Assembly: GCA_963665775.2 (NCBI GenBank)
Contig: CAXXTF010000002.1
Coordinates: 1,429,300 to 1,493,299, forward strand
Source: Dehalococcoidia bacterium
GTDB lineage: Bacteria > Chloroflexota > Dehalococcoidia > SM23-28-2 > RBG-16-64-32
Reading direction: 5' to 3'
DNA: 64,000 bases
Shown: piece by piece, positions 19,547-30,283 of the stretch
Numbering within the stretch: the first letter of the stretch is position 1
Layout of the letters: every line of letters starts with the position of its first letter
Translations under genes and position numbers: made by a program
The notes under the pieces: generated by a model
What the model was told of the DNA's origin: nothing
The model's database searches: none
What the model saw: only the letters and a program-made list of their open reading frames with translations

Positions 19547-19974
19547 GCTGAAGGCACTGCGCGAGCGTCGCCGCAGCTTACTGGTTCGGCGCCTCTCATC
19601 GGTGCTCCTCCACTTCTCCTTTTGCCCGCATCAATCGCCAGGTCACCGAGGCCGACCTAACCATGGGCACGGAGGCGTGGCTCAGCCTCCCCCGAAAGGG
19701 AGAGGAAGTGTTGCCGGGCGGAGAGCCGTTCCTCGTCACCGCGAGCAGGATAGTGGTTCGCCATGACGCCAGTTTACTCCCACAAGACAGATTATGGGAG
19801 GCGATTCCGCGTTCTCATCTTTGGGATTCGCACCTGTGGAGCGGCAATGGTCTGTCCGTAACTGAAGAGGTCGGCTTAACTTTCTTCCGGACCAGAGTGA
19901 TGCATATTCGTTGACGGCGCCAAGGAACGCCGCACTACTAGACCGAACGGCATCGCTTAGGAAGGAGGAGCATC

Positions 19975-20223
19975 ATGACTGCCAAGCGCCACCGCAAAAG
20001 GATCGTCCGCGAACTGCCGCCCGCAGGCACCACCCTACAGGGTAGGTTCAGAAGCGAGAACTTCTCCGCCACCATGCTGGAGGCCGACGGGCTCCTGGCC
20101 GGTAGAGGAGTGAAGTTCGGCGAGGATATCTATCCTTCCCTTAGTGCAGCGGCCAGGGCCATCACGAAGCAGTCCGTGAACGGCTGGCGCTTCTGGCAGC
20201 CGGTCGAGCAAGACCACCATTAA
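19975..20223 (+). CDS. Small RAMA/DUF2924-like DNA-binding protein
   Basis: YPSLSAAARAITKQSVNGWRFW signature; AGGAGGAG RBS; motif copy at 19875-19906 upstream. Confidence 0.7.
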   Translation: MTAKRHRKRIVRELPPAGTTLQGRFRSENFSATMLEADGLLAGRGVKFGEDIYPSLSAAARAITKQSVNGWRFWQPVEQDHH

Positions 20224-20402
20224 GCCGGGCCCATCACGGGCCACTTCAGCCGCCGGCAGCCCGTCTGACCGGCGGCTGGCTTCTGTCAGGCAGCCGAGCA
20301 ACTCGAACGCCTCTGGTGGCAACCAGCTCTGCAGTGTACCTCCCATTTTCTCGCACATTCGCCCCATCTTCGCTTGACTTCGTCGCCCCATCAGAGTGAT
20401 GA

Positions 20403-21389
20403 ATGTACGTGCCTACCATGATTAGAATGCAGCGACACACCACGGTCAGAAGAGGTTACGGAAACGGCCGTCTTCAGCGAGACCTTGGTTCCCTCATCGA
20501 CCTCTACCTGCTTCGCTGTCAGGTCGAGGGGAAGTCACCCCAGACGGTCAGAGCCTACGCCGAGACCCTCCGGCGCTTCGCCAAGATCGCCCACGAAGAA
20601 GGCTTCCCCAAGGAGACCGCTGGCATCAACCCGGCGCACCTCTACGCCTATCTCGGCCGCTACACCAGCCACTCCCTAGAGACCCGCCATCGCTACTTCC
20701 GGGAGGTGCGCTGCTTCTTCAACTGGCTCGTGGCGGCTGACTACCTGCAGGAGTCGCCCTTCCGCTCCCTCCGCAACGCCCGCCTGCCGCAGAGGATCGT
20801 CCAGCCGTTCTCCCCGGAGGAAGTGGCCGGGCTACTGACCTGCTGCGATCCTGACACACCGGCGGGGGTCCGCGACCAGGCCATCCTCCTCACCCTTCTG
20901 GACACCGGCGTGCGCTGCTCGGAGTTGGTGCAGCTCGACCTGGCCGATTTGGACCTGGAGAGCGGACGCCTGCGGGTCCTCCACGGCAAGGGGAACAAGC
21001 AGCGGGTCGTTCCCTTCGCCTCCAGGTGCCGGGAGGCGCTAGTCCGCTACCTCGCCTTTCGGGGCGATGCGCTGGGTCCGCTGTTCCTCGCCACCACTGG
21101 CCACGGTCGGCTCCTCCCCGGCGTGGGCCTGCGCAACAACGGCCTCAAGCAGATGCTGCGGCGTCGGGGCCGTGAGGCCGGCCTCCCCAAGGTCCACGCT
21201 CATCGCTTCCGCCACACGTTCGCCACCTGGGCGATCGAGCAGGACGCCCGCGAGCTGGACGTCCAATATCTCCTGGGCCACTCCTCGCCGGATATGGTCC
21301 GCCGCTACGCCTCGACATACAACTGTGAGAAGGCCGCCCAGAGGCACGCGGCCTTCTCGCCGGGCGACCTCCTCAGCGCATCTCTCTAG
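20403..21389 (+). CDS. Tyrosine recombinase/integrase, paralog of 9184-10158
   Basis: DTGVRCSE, GKGNKQR, HRFRHTFATWAIEQ, LLGH, RRY; start codon uncertain (20403, 20418 or 20427). Confidence 0.93.
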   Translation: MYVPTMIRMQRHTTVRRGYGNGRLQRDLGSLIDLYLLRCQVEGKSPQTVRAYAETLRRFAKIAHEEGFPKETAGINPAHLYAYLGRYTSHSLETRHRYFREVRCFFNWLVAADYLQESPFRSLRNARLPQRIVQPFSPEEVAGLLTCCDPDTPAGVRDQAILLTLLDTGVRCSELVQLDLADLDLESGRLRVLHGKGNKQRVVPFASRCREALVRYLAFRGDALGPLFLATTGHGRLLPGVGLRNNGLKQMLRRRGREAGLPKVHAHRFRHTFATWAIEQDARELDVQYLLGHSSPDMVRRYASTYNCEKAAQRHAAFSPGDLLSASL

Positions 21390-21408
21390 GCCATCGTGCC
21401 CGGATGGA

Positions 21409-22979
21409 CTAGTAGTACAGCCAGCGAATGCCAGCACCGGACCTGCACTTTTCCGCCAGCAAGCAGTACACCTCAGCATGGGCGTAATGGTCCGCCTTAC
21501 GATTGTCGACCCACCTTGCCACCCAGTTTCCCGAGCTGTCCTGCTCCAGGGTTCGCTTGGGTGTCAACATTTCCCGATAGTACTCACCGAAGCCCTCCTT
21601 GACCCGGCCACCCAGGTGGCGAGCATTGGCCGGCAACAACGCTCTTCCCTCTCGGAAGCGCTGATACATCTCGTCCAGGGCTTCGAGGCGGTTCACATGA
21701 TATACGTTGGGGTCATCCCCCTTACTCCCTTCCCAGTCATGGCCGGATTCGTGGCGGTCGTATCGCGCCAACCAGGCCAGGCTTCCATGACGGAGGGCAA
21801 ACAGCCGCGCTAGGTGTGCCTCTGGCTGAGAATCGACGACGCAGCGTCTGATATTGAAGCGGTCCAGTAGCCCCTCCAGTTCGTCGAAGGAATCGAGCTC
21901 CCCGGTGAACCAGAGTCGAGGAGTACCGCCGTCATCTCCACCGGTAACTGATTCTCGGACTACGACATGGAGCTTTGTGCCGACGTCGACGCCAATGTCG
22001 CATACTTCCCCGGCGTACTCGTCCAAAGTGTAATCATGGCGACAACGATCCAGGATATCGATGCTGGTGCCACCGCCGGGCGGCGCGAAGGCCTCCCCAA
22101 GGTCGCTATTTTGAAACTCCAGCAGGGCCGAAGGGGTGGTCGCCTCGCTGGCCTCGATCATCTCCCGAATGTTGGCCCACGGGCTGTACAGGCGGCTCAA
22201 ATGATAACCGTGGACGAGCCCGTTGCCCGGCGCCTGGGCCTGCCAGCGCCCTTGGGCCAAGACGTCTATGTGATGCCGACAGGAGCGGCAGACCACCAGG
22301 GCTTGCTCTAGGTCGACATTCTCCTCCCAGGTGAGCGGCTGTTCCAGCCCGCAGCCAGGGCAGGAAAGGAGGTAGCGGCGCTGATCGGACTGCAGGTAGA
22401 GACCGTTGACGCCGGCCTCAGGTAGCCGCGGCGTGGAAGCGATACGAAGTAGACCCCGCTGGCTGGAGCTGAGCCGCTTCTTGGCCAACTCCAACACCCC
22501 TTCGCCCATCTGGTCGAATTCGTGTCCAAGATCACGAGGTCAGCGTCGACGCTGGCGATCTGGCGCCGGCTATCAGCGCCCCGCAGGTAGATGTACCCGG
22601 GCCCCAGGTGCTTCAATCTCTTGCTGTCCGCTCCTTTTCGTCGGGGTGGTTCAGGCTGCAGGCGGGTTCTGAGATAGGGGTTATCTTGAAGGGCCTGGTC
22701 GAAGCGGGCCTGAGCGAAATCTTCCATCATGTTCTGGGTCGGCATCAGGAAGAGGACGTGGCCCCGACCAGCGTGGCCTGTGTCAGCTGCCCACAGGGTC
22801 AGATTCACGAGGAGCTCAGTGGCCCCGACCTGGGCGGATTTCTGGATCACGACCAGGGGATGATCGTCGCGGGCGATGTCGGCTAGGGCGGGGAGGTGGA
22901 CCAATGGTCTGCCGCCGACGCTCCGATGGGCCATCGCCCAGGCGTAAGGGTCACCGGGGCTCCTTCTGGCCTTCTCCAT
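21409..22979 (-). pseudogene. Phage terminase large subunit (lambda gpA-like), frameshifted
   Basis: IQKSAQVGATE Walker A; ILD-[AC]-EFD Walker B broken by 2 extra nt at 22522-22523; ASTP, CPGC..CRSC, GYHLSRLYSPW, GVDVG, DHYAHA. Confidence 0.85.
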
Positions 22980-23466
22980 CCAGAGCGCCCTCCGTGTATT
23001 CGAGGAGACGGTCGAGCTCCTCATCGCTGAGTCCTGCGAGTCTGGCGTTGATTCCGATTTCACCGTTAACCTCCTGTCTGTCAGTAGGCTCGCCCCTGGC
23101 TAACCGCTCTAGCTTCGCGCCTTCTACGACAGCGCGGATCGCCGCGTCGGCGGTGGCATCGTCGGCGCCCATCGCCGCCAGCCATTCCGCCCCCTTCTGT
23201 TGTAGCAGCAAGGCCTCTTTGGCCTGGCGCTCGTACATTTCCTTGAGCGCCGCGATCCTGGCCTCATGTTCCGCCTGCTTTGCTTCCTGCTCCATCGCGG
23301 CTATCTGGTGCTGCCAGTGATGGAGGCGGGACCATTCATAAATGGTGCGGAGGTTAGGCGCCCGACCATCGGCCTCAAGCTCAGCGTGGAGCTGCTCCAG
23401 GGTGCACGCTCCTCCCATACGCCAGTAGAGCTCGAAGGCCTCACGGTGCCTGGTTTTCTCAACCAT
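22951..23466 (-). CDS. Putative terminase small subunit (HTH plus coiled coil)
   Basis: REAFELY..TIYEWSRLHHW HTH, LERLARGEPT, LSDEELDRL tail; overlaps the TerL start. Confidence 0.65.
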   Translation of the reverse strand: MVEKTRHREAFELYWRMGGACTLEQLHAELEADGRAPNLRTIYEWSRLHHWQHQIAAMEQEAKQAEHEARIAALKEMYERQAKEALLLQQKGAEWLAAMGADDATADAAIRAVVEGAKLERLARGEPTDRQEVNGEIGINARLAGLSDEELDRLLEYTEGALDGEGQKEPR

Positions 23467-24136
23467 CGCAGCCCTCGCGATACCGTCGGCAGATGAGGCC
23501 CAGGGCCCGACCGCGCCGGTTGGCGCCGTTGAGGTCTGCCATCGCGATGCTGATCGCTTGCTCGACGGCCTCCTCGTCCTCGGGCAGGACGGCGAAGGAC
23601 ACCAGCCGTGGCGCTTCCTTCCGCTGGTGCTCGGCGGCGGCCGTCAAGTCTGCCAGCAGTGTCTCCGTGTCTAGATCGAGCAGCTGGATGGTCTCCGCGA
23701 TGGCTCGGCCATCCTCAGGTAGCAGCGCCGCTAGGTCCTCGGGCGGTAGTAGTCCGCTGAGCTCGGCGAGCAGCTCGGCTCGGCTGGCCGGCACATCCTC
23801 GCCCTCCAATCTGTTCAACGTTGCTAGGAGGATCAGAGCGGTAGCGTCGTCGCAGGGCCAGGGGAAGCAGACGACCTCGCCGTGCCCGAGACGGCGGAGG
23901 GCCTCCAGTCTTTGGTGGCCATCGAGGAGCTGGTAGGCCTCTTCCATGCTGGGATGGGGTCGCACGACCAGCGGCGGGTAGCGCCCCTCCCGAGCGATGT
24001 TCCGCGCGAGCTTCTCAAGGCGCTCCTTGGGCATAATATTGGCGTTGGTGGGGTGCGGATGGAGGTCTGCCAGTGGCACGCGGATCAGGCGCTCCTTAAC
24101 GACCGGCGACGACGAGGAATTCTTTGTTCGTGGCAT
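23459..24136 (-). CDS. ParB/Srx N-terminal domain protein
   Basis: LHPHPTNAN, PLVVRP, LLDGHQRLEAL. Confidence 0.88.
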   Translation of the reverse strand: MPRTKNSSSSPVVKERLIRVPLADLHPHPTNANIMPKERLEKLARNIAREGRYPPLVVRPHPSMEEAYQLLDGHQRLEALRRLGHGEVVCFPWPCDDATALILLATLNRLEGEDVPASRAELLAELSGLLPPEDLAALLPEDGRAIAETIQLLDLDTETLLADLTAAAEHQRKEAPRLVSFAVLPEDEEAVEQAISIAMADLNGANRRGRALGLICRRYREGCDG

Positions 24137-25097
24137 TCTTCACCTCGGATGCGATAGAACTGAGATGTCGATAGGGGACGGATAGGGCTCTGAGTACCGG
24201 GTGATGATGCCTGACCCGGGCCACCAGATCTTCCAGGGTGATAGCAGGTCCGCCGTAGGAAAGAAGGAGCAACGGTATATGGCGAGCCGCATCGAGCAGC
24301 CGGTCAAGAGTCGGTGGCGCGCTGCGGCCTACCTCGTCGCCCAGCAGGGCGTCCAAGACAGCGTACTCCTTAGCATATCCCGTTGTGCCAGGGTATGGTG
24401 GGTCTAAGTAAAGGACTTCAGCTTCTACGCCGCCAATGACTTCGACAGCATCTCCTTTGCGGGACTCGCCGCGGCCGCCGAAGACGCCGACATTTACCAC
24501 CTGCGCCACCGTCCAGACACCCTCCGGCGTGAGCATCCTCTCCGCCCTAAGGTAGTGGCCCAAACGGCGAGGGCTGACCCGGTCATAGTCGCCAGTGGCC
24601 GCCGCCCGGGCGTCGGTACCCGTTAGCATGCTCATAGACTGGCAGCGGAGAGCCACTTTGATGATGAGAAGTAGTAGTAGGCTTCGCACGGGCTCCGACC
24701 GGCGATTTGCCCGCGCCACAGCGCGGTCCAGCCAGGCGGCCTGAAATGCAGTGAAGACCGATGGAATGTGCTGGGCCGCGACCTGCGGATAGGAGTCGTC
24801 CGGTGACCGGAACAGGTCGAGCACGTCGTCCAACCTCAGCTGGCACGTGGAGTTCGCAATTAGGGCCCGGGCAACGATTGCCGCCCGCTCGGCGGCGTCG
24901 GAGGCGATGACGTGGAAACCCTGCGCCTTGGCGAAGAGAGCAATAGAGCCGCCACCGCAGAAGGGGTCGAGGAGGGTGTTATTCCGCCATTGTCCTCGGC
25001 GAAGATGCTCCCCAATGAGGGCGAAGATGAGGGGGCAGAGCCGCCTCTTCCCGCCAAGGTAGGAAGGTAACGCTCGAAAGAATTCTGGACCGGTCAC
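24096..25097 (-). CDS. DNA adenine methyltransferase (D12 class)
   Basis: SYLGGKRRL, DPFCGGGS, YLDPPY, LSY, EFLVV. Confidence 0.9.
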   Translation of the reverse strand: MTGPEFFRALPSYLGGKRRLCPLIFALIGEHLRRGQWRNNTLLDPFCGGGSIALFAKAQGFHVIASDAAERAAIVARALIANSTCQLRLDDVLDLFRSPDDSYPQVAAQHIPSVFTAFQAAWLDRAVARANRRSEPVRSLLLLLIIKVALRCQSMSMLTGTDARAAATGDYDRVSPRRLGHYLRAERMLTPEGVWTVAQVVNVGVFGGRGESRKGDAVEVIGGVEAEVLYLDPPYPGTTGYAKEYAVLDALLGDEVGRSAPPTLDRLLDAARHIPLLLLSYGGPAITLEDLVARVRHHHPVLRALSVPYRHLSSIASEVKNATNKEFLVVAGR

Positions 25098-25173
25098 GCG
25101 TCCAGCGTCTCATCGGATTAGGCTCCTGTCACGACCCGAAAAACCGCCGCGGTGGTTAAGCGGGCCGTGTTGC

Positions 25174-25851
25174 TCAAATCTTCCTGATGCCTGCCCTGCG
25201 TCGCAGTGTCTGTACGCGCTTCCGGTTGCGTGGCCCATTCTGGTAATAGTGCCCATCATCGGGCCATAGACCAGCCTGGCGACCGGCGTTGAAGATCTCC
25301 ACGTCGCTCCAATCCGGATGCTGCCTCATGGCTTCGATAACCCTTGCACGCTTCTCTTCCAGTGAACCCGGTGGCGGCCCTCCCTCATTTAACTCTCTTC
25401 CCAGGGCTTCCTGCTGCTGAAAGCTGATCAGTCCCCACAGCTCCCGATACTGGTCCGCCGTCAGGTCCGTGGCGTTCACCCAGACCTGGCCCAGATTCAT
25501 CCCCTGCCTGACGCTCTGCACGTCGTCATCGCTCAAGAGGACCCTCACCGCTCTATCCGGAAACCCCGGAATACCATGTAGACGGAGAGGCAAGTGCTGG
25601 CCGGCCTCGGGAAACACCCCTGCGATCACGAGATTCAGGACCAACGCCTCTCCCAGGGTGTTCTTCAGCCCGGGCTCACAGTCGATGAGCAATTGCGCTG
25701 CGCGCTTACACAGTTCGAGAATCTGCCTTGCCAGGGACTCCGCTTCGGGATCGTGTTCACTCGCATCCCGCAGACCTTCGGCAGCGTGACGCGCCTCAGC
25801 CATCGCTGCCATTACCTCAGGGTCTCTAAATGCGGCCCCTGCGACCTCCAA
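25174..25851 (-). CDS. Hypothetical protein
   Basis: 225-aa ORF co-oriented with the MTase-terminase module; no recognised motif. Confidence 0.45.
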   Translation of the reverse strand: MEVAGAAFRDPEVMAAMAEARHAAEGLRDASEHDPEAESLARQILELCKRAAQLLIDCEPGLKNTLGEALVLNLVIAGVFPEAGQHLPLRLHGIPGFPDRAVRVLLSDDDVQSVRQGMNLGQVWVNATDLTADQYRELWGLISFQQQEALGRELNEGGPPPGSLEEKRARVIEAMRQHPDWSDVEIFNAGRQAGLWPDDGHYYQNGPRNRKRVQTLRRRAGIRKI

Positions 25852-25990
25852 GATATTGTCCAGCTGAAGCCGAAACGTGGGCGAGGCCTCCGGTTACCGC
25901 CTCCGATCGGCTGACATGTCTAGCAGGGCATCCTACCGTGTAAGTGCTGAATCATTATGGGCATCAAGTCGCTGAGCCCTGAAGGAGGTG

Positions 25991-26314
25991 CTAAGGAACC
26001 GAACCACCGCGGTCAGAGTTCTGGACCATGATGGCCTCGTACGTAGTCAAATGCGGAGGACCTTCCAGGAGACCTGCCAGTGATCCCTGCCGGTGTCCGG
26101 CCGCAAACGCCTCGCTTTCGGTCCATGCGGTGAAAGACTCCCGGTCCTCCCAAGTGCTGTGGCTTATGTACTCGCCCGGCGTGTCCCCCCGAAGCAGGGC
26201 AAACTGGACGAATCCTGGAACGTCTTTGAGGTAGGATCTCCGCTCTCTCCACGCCTGCTCAAAGTCCTGCTCCCGGCCCCCGCCGACGTTGAAGCGATTC
26301 ATAGCGATGAACAT
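25991..26314 (-). CDS. Antibiotic biosynthesis monooxygenase (IsdG/HmoA-like)
   Basis: MFIAMNRF..FEQAW..VPGF..W..FTAWTESEAF..H. Confidence 0.88.
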   Translation of the reverse strand: MFIAMNRFNVGGGREQDFEQAWRERRSYLKDVPGFVQFALLRGDTPGEYISHSTWEDRESFTAWTESEAFAAGHRQGSLAGLLEGPPHLTTYEAIMVQNSDRGGSVP

Positions 26315-26616
26315 TGGACTTCCTCCAGGCTGACGTAAGCGGCGGTTTTCATTTGGGCAGATGCGTCACCAACTCCACGCTGACTTTCGACTAGACACTT
26401 CCTTATCTTGCTCAAGAATACACCGTTCGGACCGGATAGAGCTTCTCTGTTCTCAATTCACGGCCAGGCGAAATGCGGGCTCTGCTATCAATGACGCCTG
26501 ACGCATCTATAATTGGCTTTGATCATTCGGCCCTGAGCTCCAGGGAGCGCTAGCGTGGGACGAGCGCATATAAGTTCGCCCTGTAGGGTAGAATATTCCT
26601 TGTTGAAGGAGGCCCT

Positions 26617-27813
26617 GTGCTGACTCTGGACGGAGTGAAGATTCTCGACATGTCGCAGTATACGCCCGGGCACCACGGTACGATGCTGCTTGGTGATATG
26701 GGTGCGGACATCCTGAAGATAGAGGCTCCTACGGTGACCATCAGAGGGGGGCTGTCCTCCCGCCGCGAGCCTCCGCCCGAAGAGCGCCAGCGATCGCAGG
26801 CCTTCGACGCCCTGGGCCGTAACAAGCGGAGCATCGCTATCAACCTGAAGGACGAGCGGGGTAGGGAGATCTTCTACAAGCTCGCACGGGAGGCAGACGT
26901 GGTGTTGGAAGGGTTTCGGCCGGGCGTTGTCAAGCGTCTGGGCGTGGACTACCAGACGATATCGAAAATCAACCAGCGGATCGTTTACGCCTCGCTTAGC
27001 GGCTACGGCCAGGACGGACCCTACAGCCAAATGGCGGGGCACGACATCAACTACATAGCCCAGAGCGGCGCCCTGGGCGTGATCGGCCCGGCGCCCGATG
27101 AGCCGCCGGTCATACCGATGAATTTTCTGGCGGACCTCGCCGGCGGCGGCACCATGGCCGCCCTGGGGATCGTAGCCGCGCTGCTCAATCGCGAGCGAAG
27201 CGGCCGCGGCCAGTTCATCGACATCAGCATGGCCGAGGGCGCCATGCAGCTGACCTCGTCCATGCTCAGCAGCTACCTGGGGTCCGGGCGGGTACCGGTG
27301 CGGGACCGGGAATCGCACAGCGGCAGCGTCGTCTACTACAGCGTGTATCAATGCAAGGATGGCAAGTGGATCAGCATCGGCTGTATTGAGCCGTACTTTT
27401 ATGAGAGCTTCTGCCGCGAACTGGGGAGGGAGGACTGGCTCCCTGATCAGCACGCGGATCCGGGCAGGCAAGCCGAGATGATCGCCGCGGCCCGGGAGAT
27501 CTTCCTGACACGCACCCGGGACGAGTGGCATGAAGCCCTGAACAGGCACGACCTGTGCGCCATGCGGATCCTGGCGATGGACGAGATGGCGGATGACCCC
27601 CACGTCCGGGCACGGGGGATGATCATGGAGCTCCAGCACCCGAAGATTGGGCGCGTTAAACAGATGGGATCAGCGATCAAGTTCTCAGAGACGCCATCAT
27701 CGTTCCGCTCCTTCGCTCCAGCTAGGGGAGAGCACACGGATGCGGTGCTAAAGGAGTTGGGATACGCTACAGATCAGGTCGCCGCTCTCCGTGACGATGG
27801 CGTCGTGGTATGA
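26617..27813 (+). CDS. CaiB/BaiF class III CoA-transferase
   Basis: RNKRSIAINLK, EGFRPGV, SGYGQDGP, GHDINY, LADLAGG, GEHT. Confidence 0.95.
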   Translation: MLTLDGVKILDMSQYTPGHHGTMLLGDMGADILKIEAPTVTIRGGLSSRREPPPEERQRSQAFDALGRNKRSIAINLKDERGREIFYKLAREADVVLEGFRPGVVKRLGVDYQTISKINQRIVYASLSGYGQDGPYSQMAGHDINYIAQSGALGVIGPAPDEPPVIPMNFLADLAGGGTMAALGIVAALLNRERSGRGQFIDISMAEGAMQLTSSMLSSYLGSGRVPVRDRESHSGSVVYYSVYQCKDGKWISIGCIEPYFYESFCRELGREDWLPDQHADPGRQAEMIAAAREIFLTRTRDEWHEALNRHDLCAMRILAMDEMADDPHVRARGMIMELQHPKIGRVKQMGSAIKFSETPSSFRSFAPARGEHTDAVLKELGYATDQVAALRDDGVVV

Positions 27814-28214
27814 CGGAGGTTGTGGGCCGCGGGTGCAAGCCATCAACGAATTTCGGACCTATCGGCCCGCTTTCTAGATATTACCTGAGCTCGCCCCACC
27901 ACTACCGGGCCCCGGCCCATTCGGAAGGGCGGGAGACTTGATTGATGCGGCGGCGGGCATAATGAATTGAAGGATTTGCGAGAGGGCTCGTTGATGGGTA
28001 GACGCGACCATTCCAAGGGTAAACGATTTCTGGCGGGGCGCCGAGGAAAGCCTGGCGATGATCGTCTCCGATTTCTCGGCGCGTACCTGTAAAGGTTGAC
28101 AGGGACGAACACCGGCGCCCCAGGTAGGGCTGTTATACCATTGTCACAAGCGCGGAAAATGGGCAGCTAACGTTTGGCGCTGGCTTCCACGAGATGCTCT
28201 AAAGGAGGCTTGTC

Positions 28215-28583
28215 CTGTCTACGCTCAATTACCGCAATCTCGGCCGTTCCGGCCTTAAGGTCTCTCCGCTCTGCCTGGGCGCCATGGACTTCGGCAATCA
28301 GCGCTTCGGCTGCGACGAGGAGACCACGCTCAATATCGCCCGCGACTATCTGGACGCTGGGCATAACTTCATAGACACTGCCAATCGCTACGCTGACACC
28401 CGGTCGGAGGTAATCGTTGGCAAGGCAGTGAAGGGACGGAGGGACAGTGTGGTCGTAGCTACGAAGGCTGCCTATCCGCTCGGCCCCGGCCCTTTCGAAG
28501 GTGGGACGAGCCGCAAGGCCCTGTTGACTGCTGTCGAGGAGACCTGGCGGGCTATCGTGCGGGATGTTCTCTTGATAGTCTAG
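28215..28583 (+). pseudogene. Truncated aldo/keto reductase
   Basis: YRNLGRSGLKVSPLCLGAMDFG..FIDTANRY..SEVIVG..ATK; homology ends near 28545. In-frame CTG follows AGGAGG. Confidence 0.8.
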
Positions 28584-28588
28584 AGACT

Positions 28589-29443
28589 ATGGAAGACGGG
28601 CAGCGGAGGCTGGAACAGAAACTCCGAATCGAACTGATTCAGGACGGCTCTCCACGTGCGTTCCTGGCCGCCTACAACCAATTTCACCAACATGTTAACA
28701 GCCATGGTATGTGGGGCAAGCCCACATTCGGTCACCTATACCGGAGCAGGATTGATCTGATTGACACACTCCTGCTTCGTTTGATTCCGCCCCATTCCTC
28801 TGTGCTCGAGTTAGGAATCGGTGATGGAGTTTTCGCCTCAGCGTGCGCGAGCCAAAAGAGTAACGTAGTGGGCATAGACATCTCAGACATCGCCCTAAGG
28901 GTTGCGAGAGGCTTGCATGCGGATGGGGCTCAATTTCACGTCCTTCAAGGAGATGCTCGATTTCTTAGCTTCTTGGACGAATCCTTCCAGTATGTTATAA
29001 GCAGGGACCTCATAGAGCACCTGCCAGAGATAGATGTGGCAGCCCATCTCAGGGAGGTAAAGAGAGTGTTACAGCCTGACGGAATATATCTCCTCTGGAC
29101 TCCGCCTCCCTGGCTCGGGCACTCTCTAGGACTTCACCTTAAGGAATATACGGCGAAACAAGTCCTCCACGAGCTTGATAAGGAGGGGTTCGAGGCGAAA
29201 ATAATTCCGCTGCAGCTCAGAATGTTAGGCCTCGCTCATTCACTTGCACGGGATTCATTGGCACTGAAGGCCTTCTTGCGACTAGAGACGGTAACGGTCC
29301 GGCTTGGTATGTCCAAGCTCATTGAGAAGCTACCTGTCCGCTTCAGATGGGCGCTCCTACCTTCCGCATGTGTCGTTGCCACCAAGAGGAGTTCATCGTG
29401 CCCTGCTCTCCCTGTCGCACGAATTATGCGAGGGTCGTCGTGA
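28589..29443 (+). CDS. Class I SAM-dependent methyltransferase
   Basis: VLELGIGDG, GIDIS, GDARFLSF, IEHL, RVLQPDG, HLKEY. Confidence 0.85.
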   Translation: MEDGQRRLEQKLRIELIQDGSPRAFLAAYNQFHQHVNSHGMWGKPTFGHLYRSRIDLIDTLLLRLIPPHSSVLELGIGDGVFASACASQKSNVVGIDISDIALRVARGLHADGAQFHVLQGDARFLSFLDESFQYVISRDLIEHLPEIDVAAHLREVKRVLQPDGIYLLWTPPPWLGHSLGLHLKEYTAKQVLHELDKEGFEAKIIPLQLRMLGLAHSLARDSLALKAFLRLETVTVRLGMSKLIEKLPVRFRWALLPSACVVATKRSSSCPALPVARIMRGSS

Positions 29444-30203
29444 TGGATCACTGGTCAGCAGGGCAGAGGCACATGCATCGAGTGCCTACACCTCAAGTTC
29501 GCTTTTACGCAGAGCGTTGCCGATCTTGAATACGTCGGAGGTGCCTGAGGAGACAATGGAGCGGATCAACGAAGTGAGCGAGCCGTAGGTCAGATACCCG
29601 CACAACCGTGCTTCCATCGCACGCTCTGCACCGTCCTCGTGAGCAGCCCGTAGAGGGTCTGCATGGCGCCTGGTCTGCTGGCCCGCAGCCCTCCACATGT
29701 GGTTGTTAACCGATCCTGATTCCTGTGCCCGTAGCCCAATCTACAGCGGCTGTCCGGCTCGGTCTTGAGCCACTACCCATTGGGATTGGGGCCGGATGCC
29801 ACTACCTTGACACGATATCCCAGGGCGCCTCTGACGGATGCCACCGGGAGGACGCGGAATGCCTGAGTACGTAGTCGAGGCGTCCCAGGGATCGGGTAGG
29901 TCGAGAGGCCTTAGTGTCCAACGGCTCACCCCGAGCAGAAATAGTCAGCGCTGACAGCCATGTACGGGGCCCACGCAACCTCGCGCGGGCCCCGTACATG
30001 ACGTCGCCTTACCAGGCTGGGCAGGGGCATATTCGGCGGGCAACTTGACTGATTGGGCGGTGGGAGTGATGAATGGCACCAAAGTCGCGACGGCTCTGAG
30101 AAGTTGACGCGACGATGCAAGCTGTAAACAAGATAAGCGGCATGAGCGGTCCGCGGCAGGTCCTAGACTAAGTTTCAGTCGGTTATTCAGAGAACCGTTG
30201 TCA

Positions 30204-30259
30204 GCCTGCGTATTCCCTGCTGTTTACCTGCGGTTTTCGAATCTGGCGCCTTAGCAATT
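30204..30259 (+). repeat. Fourth copy of the 56-bp arm-like unit
   Basis: GCCTGCGTATT CCCTGCTGTTT ACCTGCGGTTT TCGAATCTGGCGCCTTAGCAATT; same length as 10153-10208. Confidence 0.8.
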
Positions 30260-30283
30260 GACCTGCCCGGCGCAACCAGTGTT

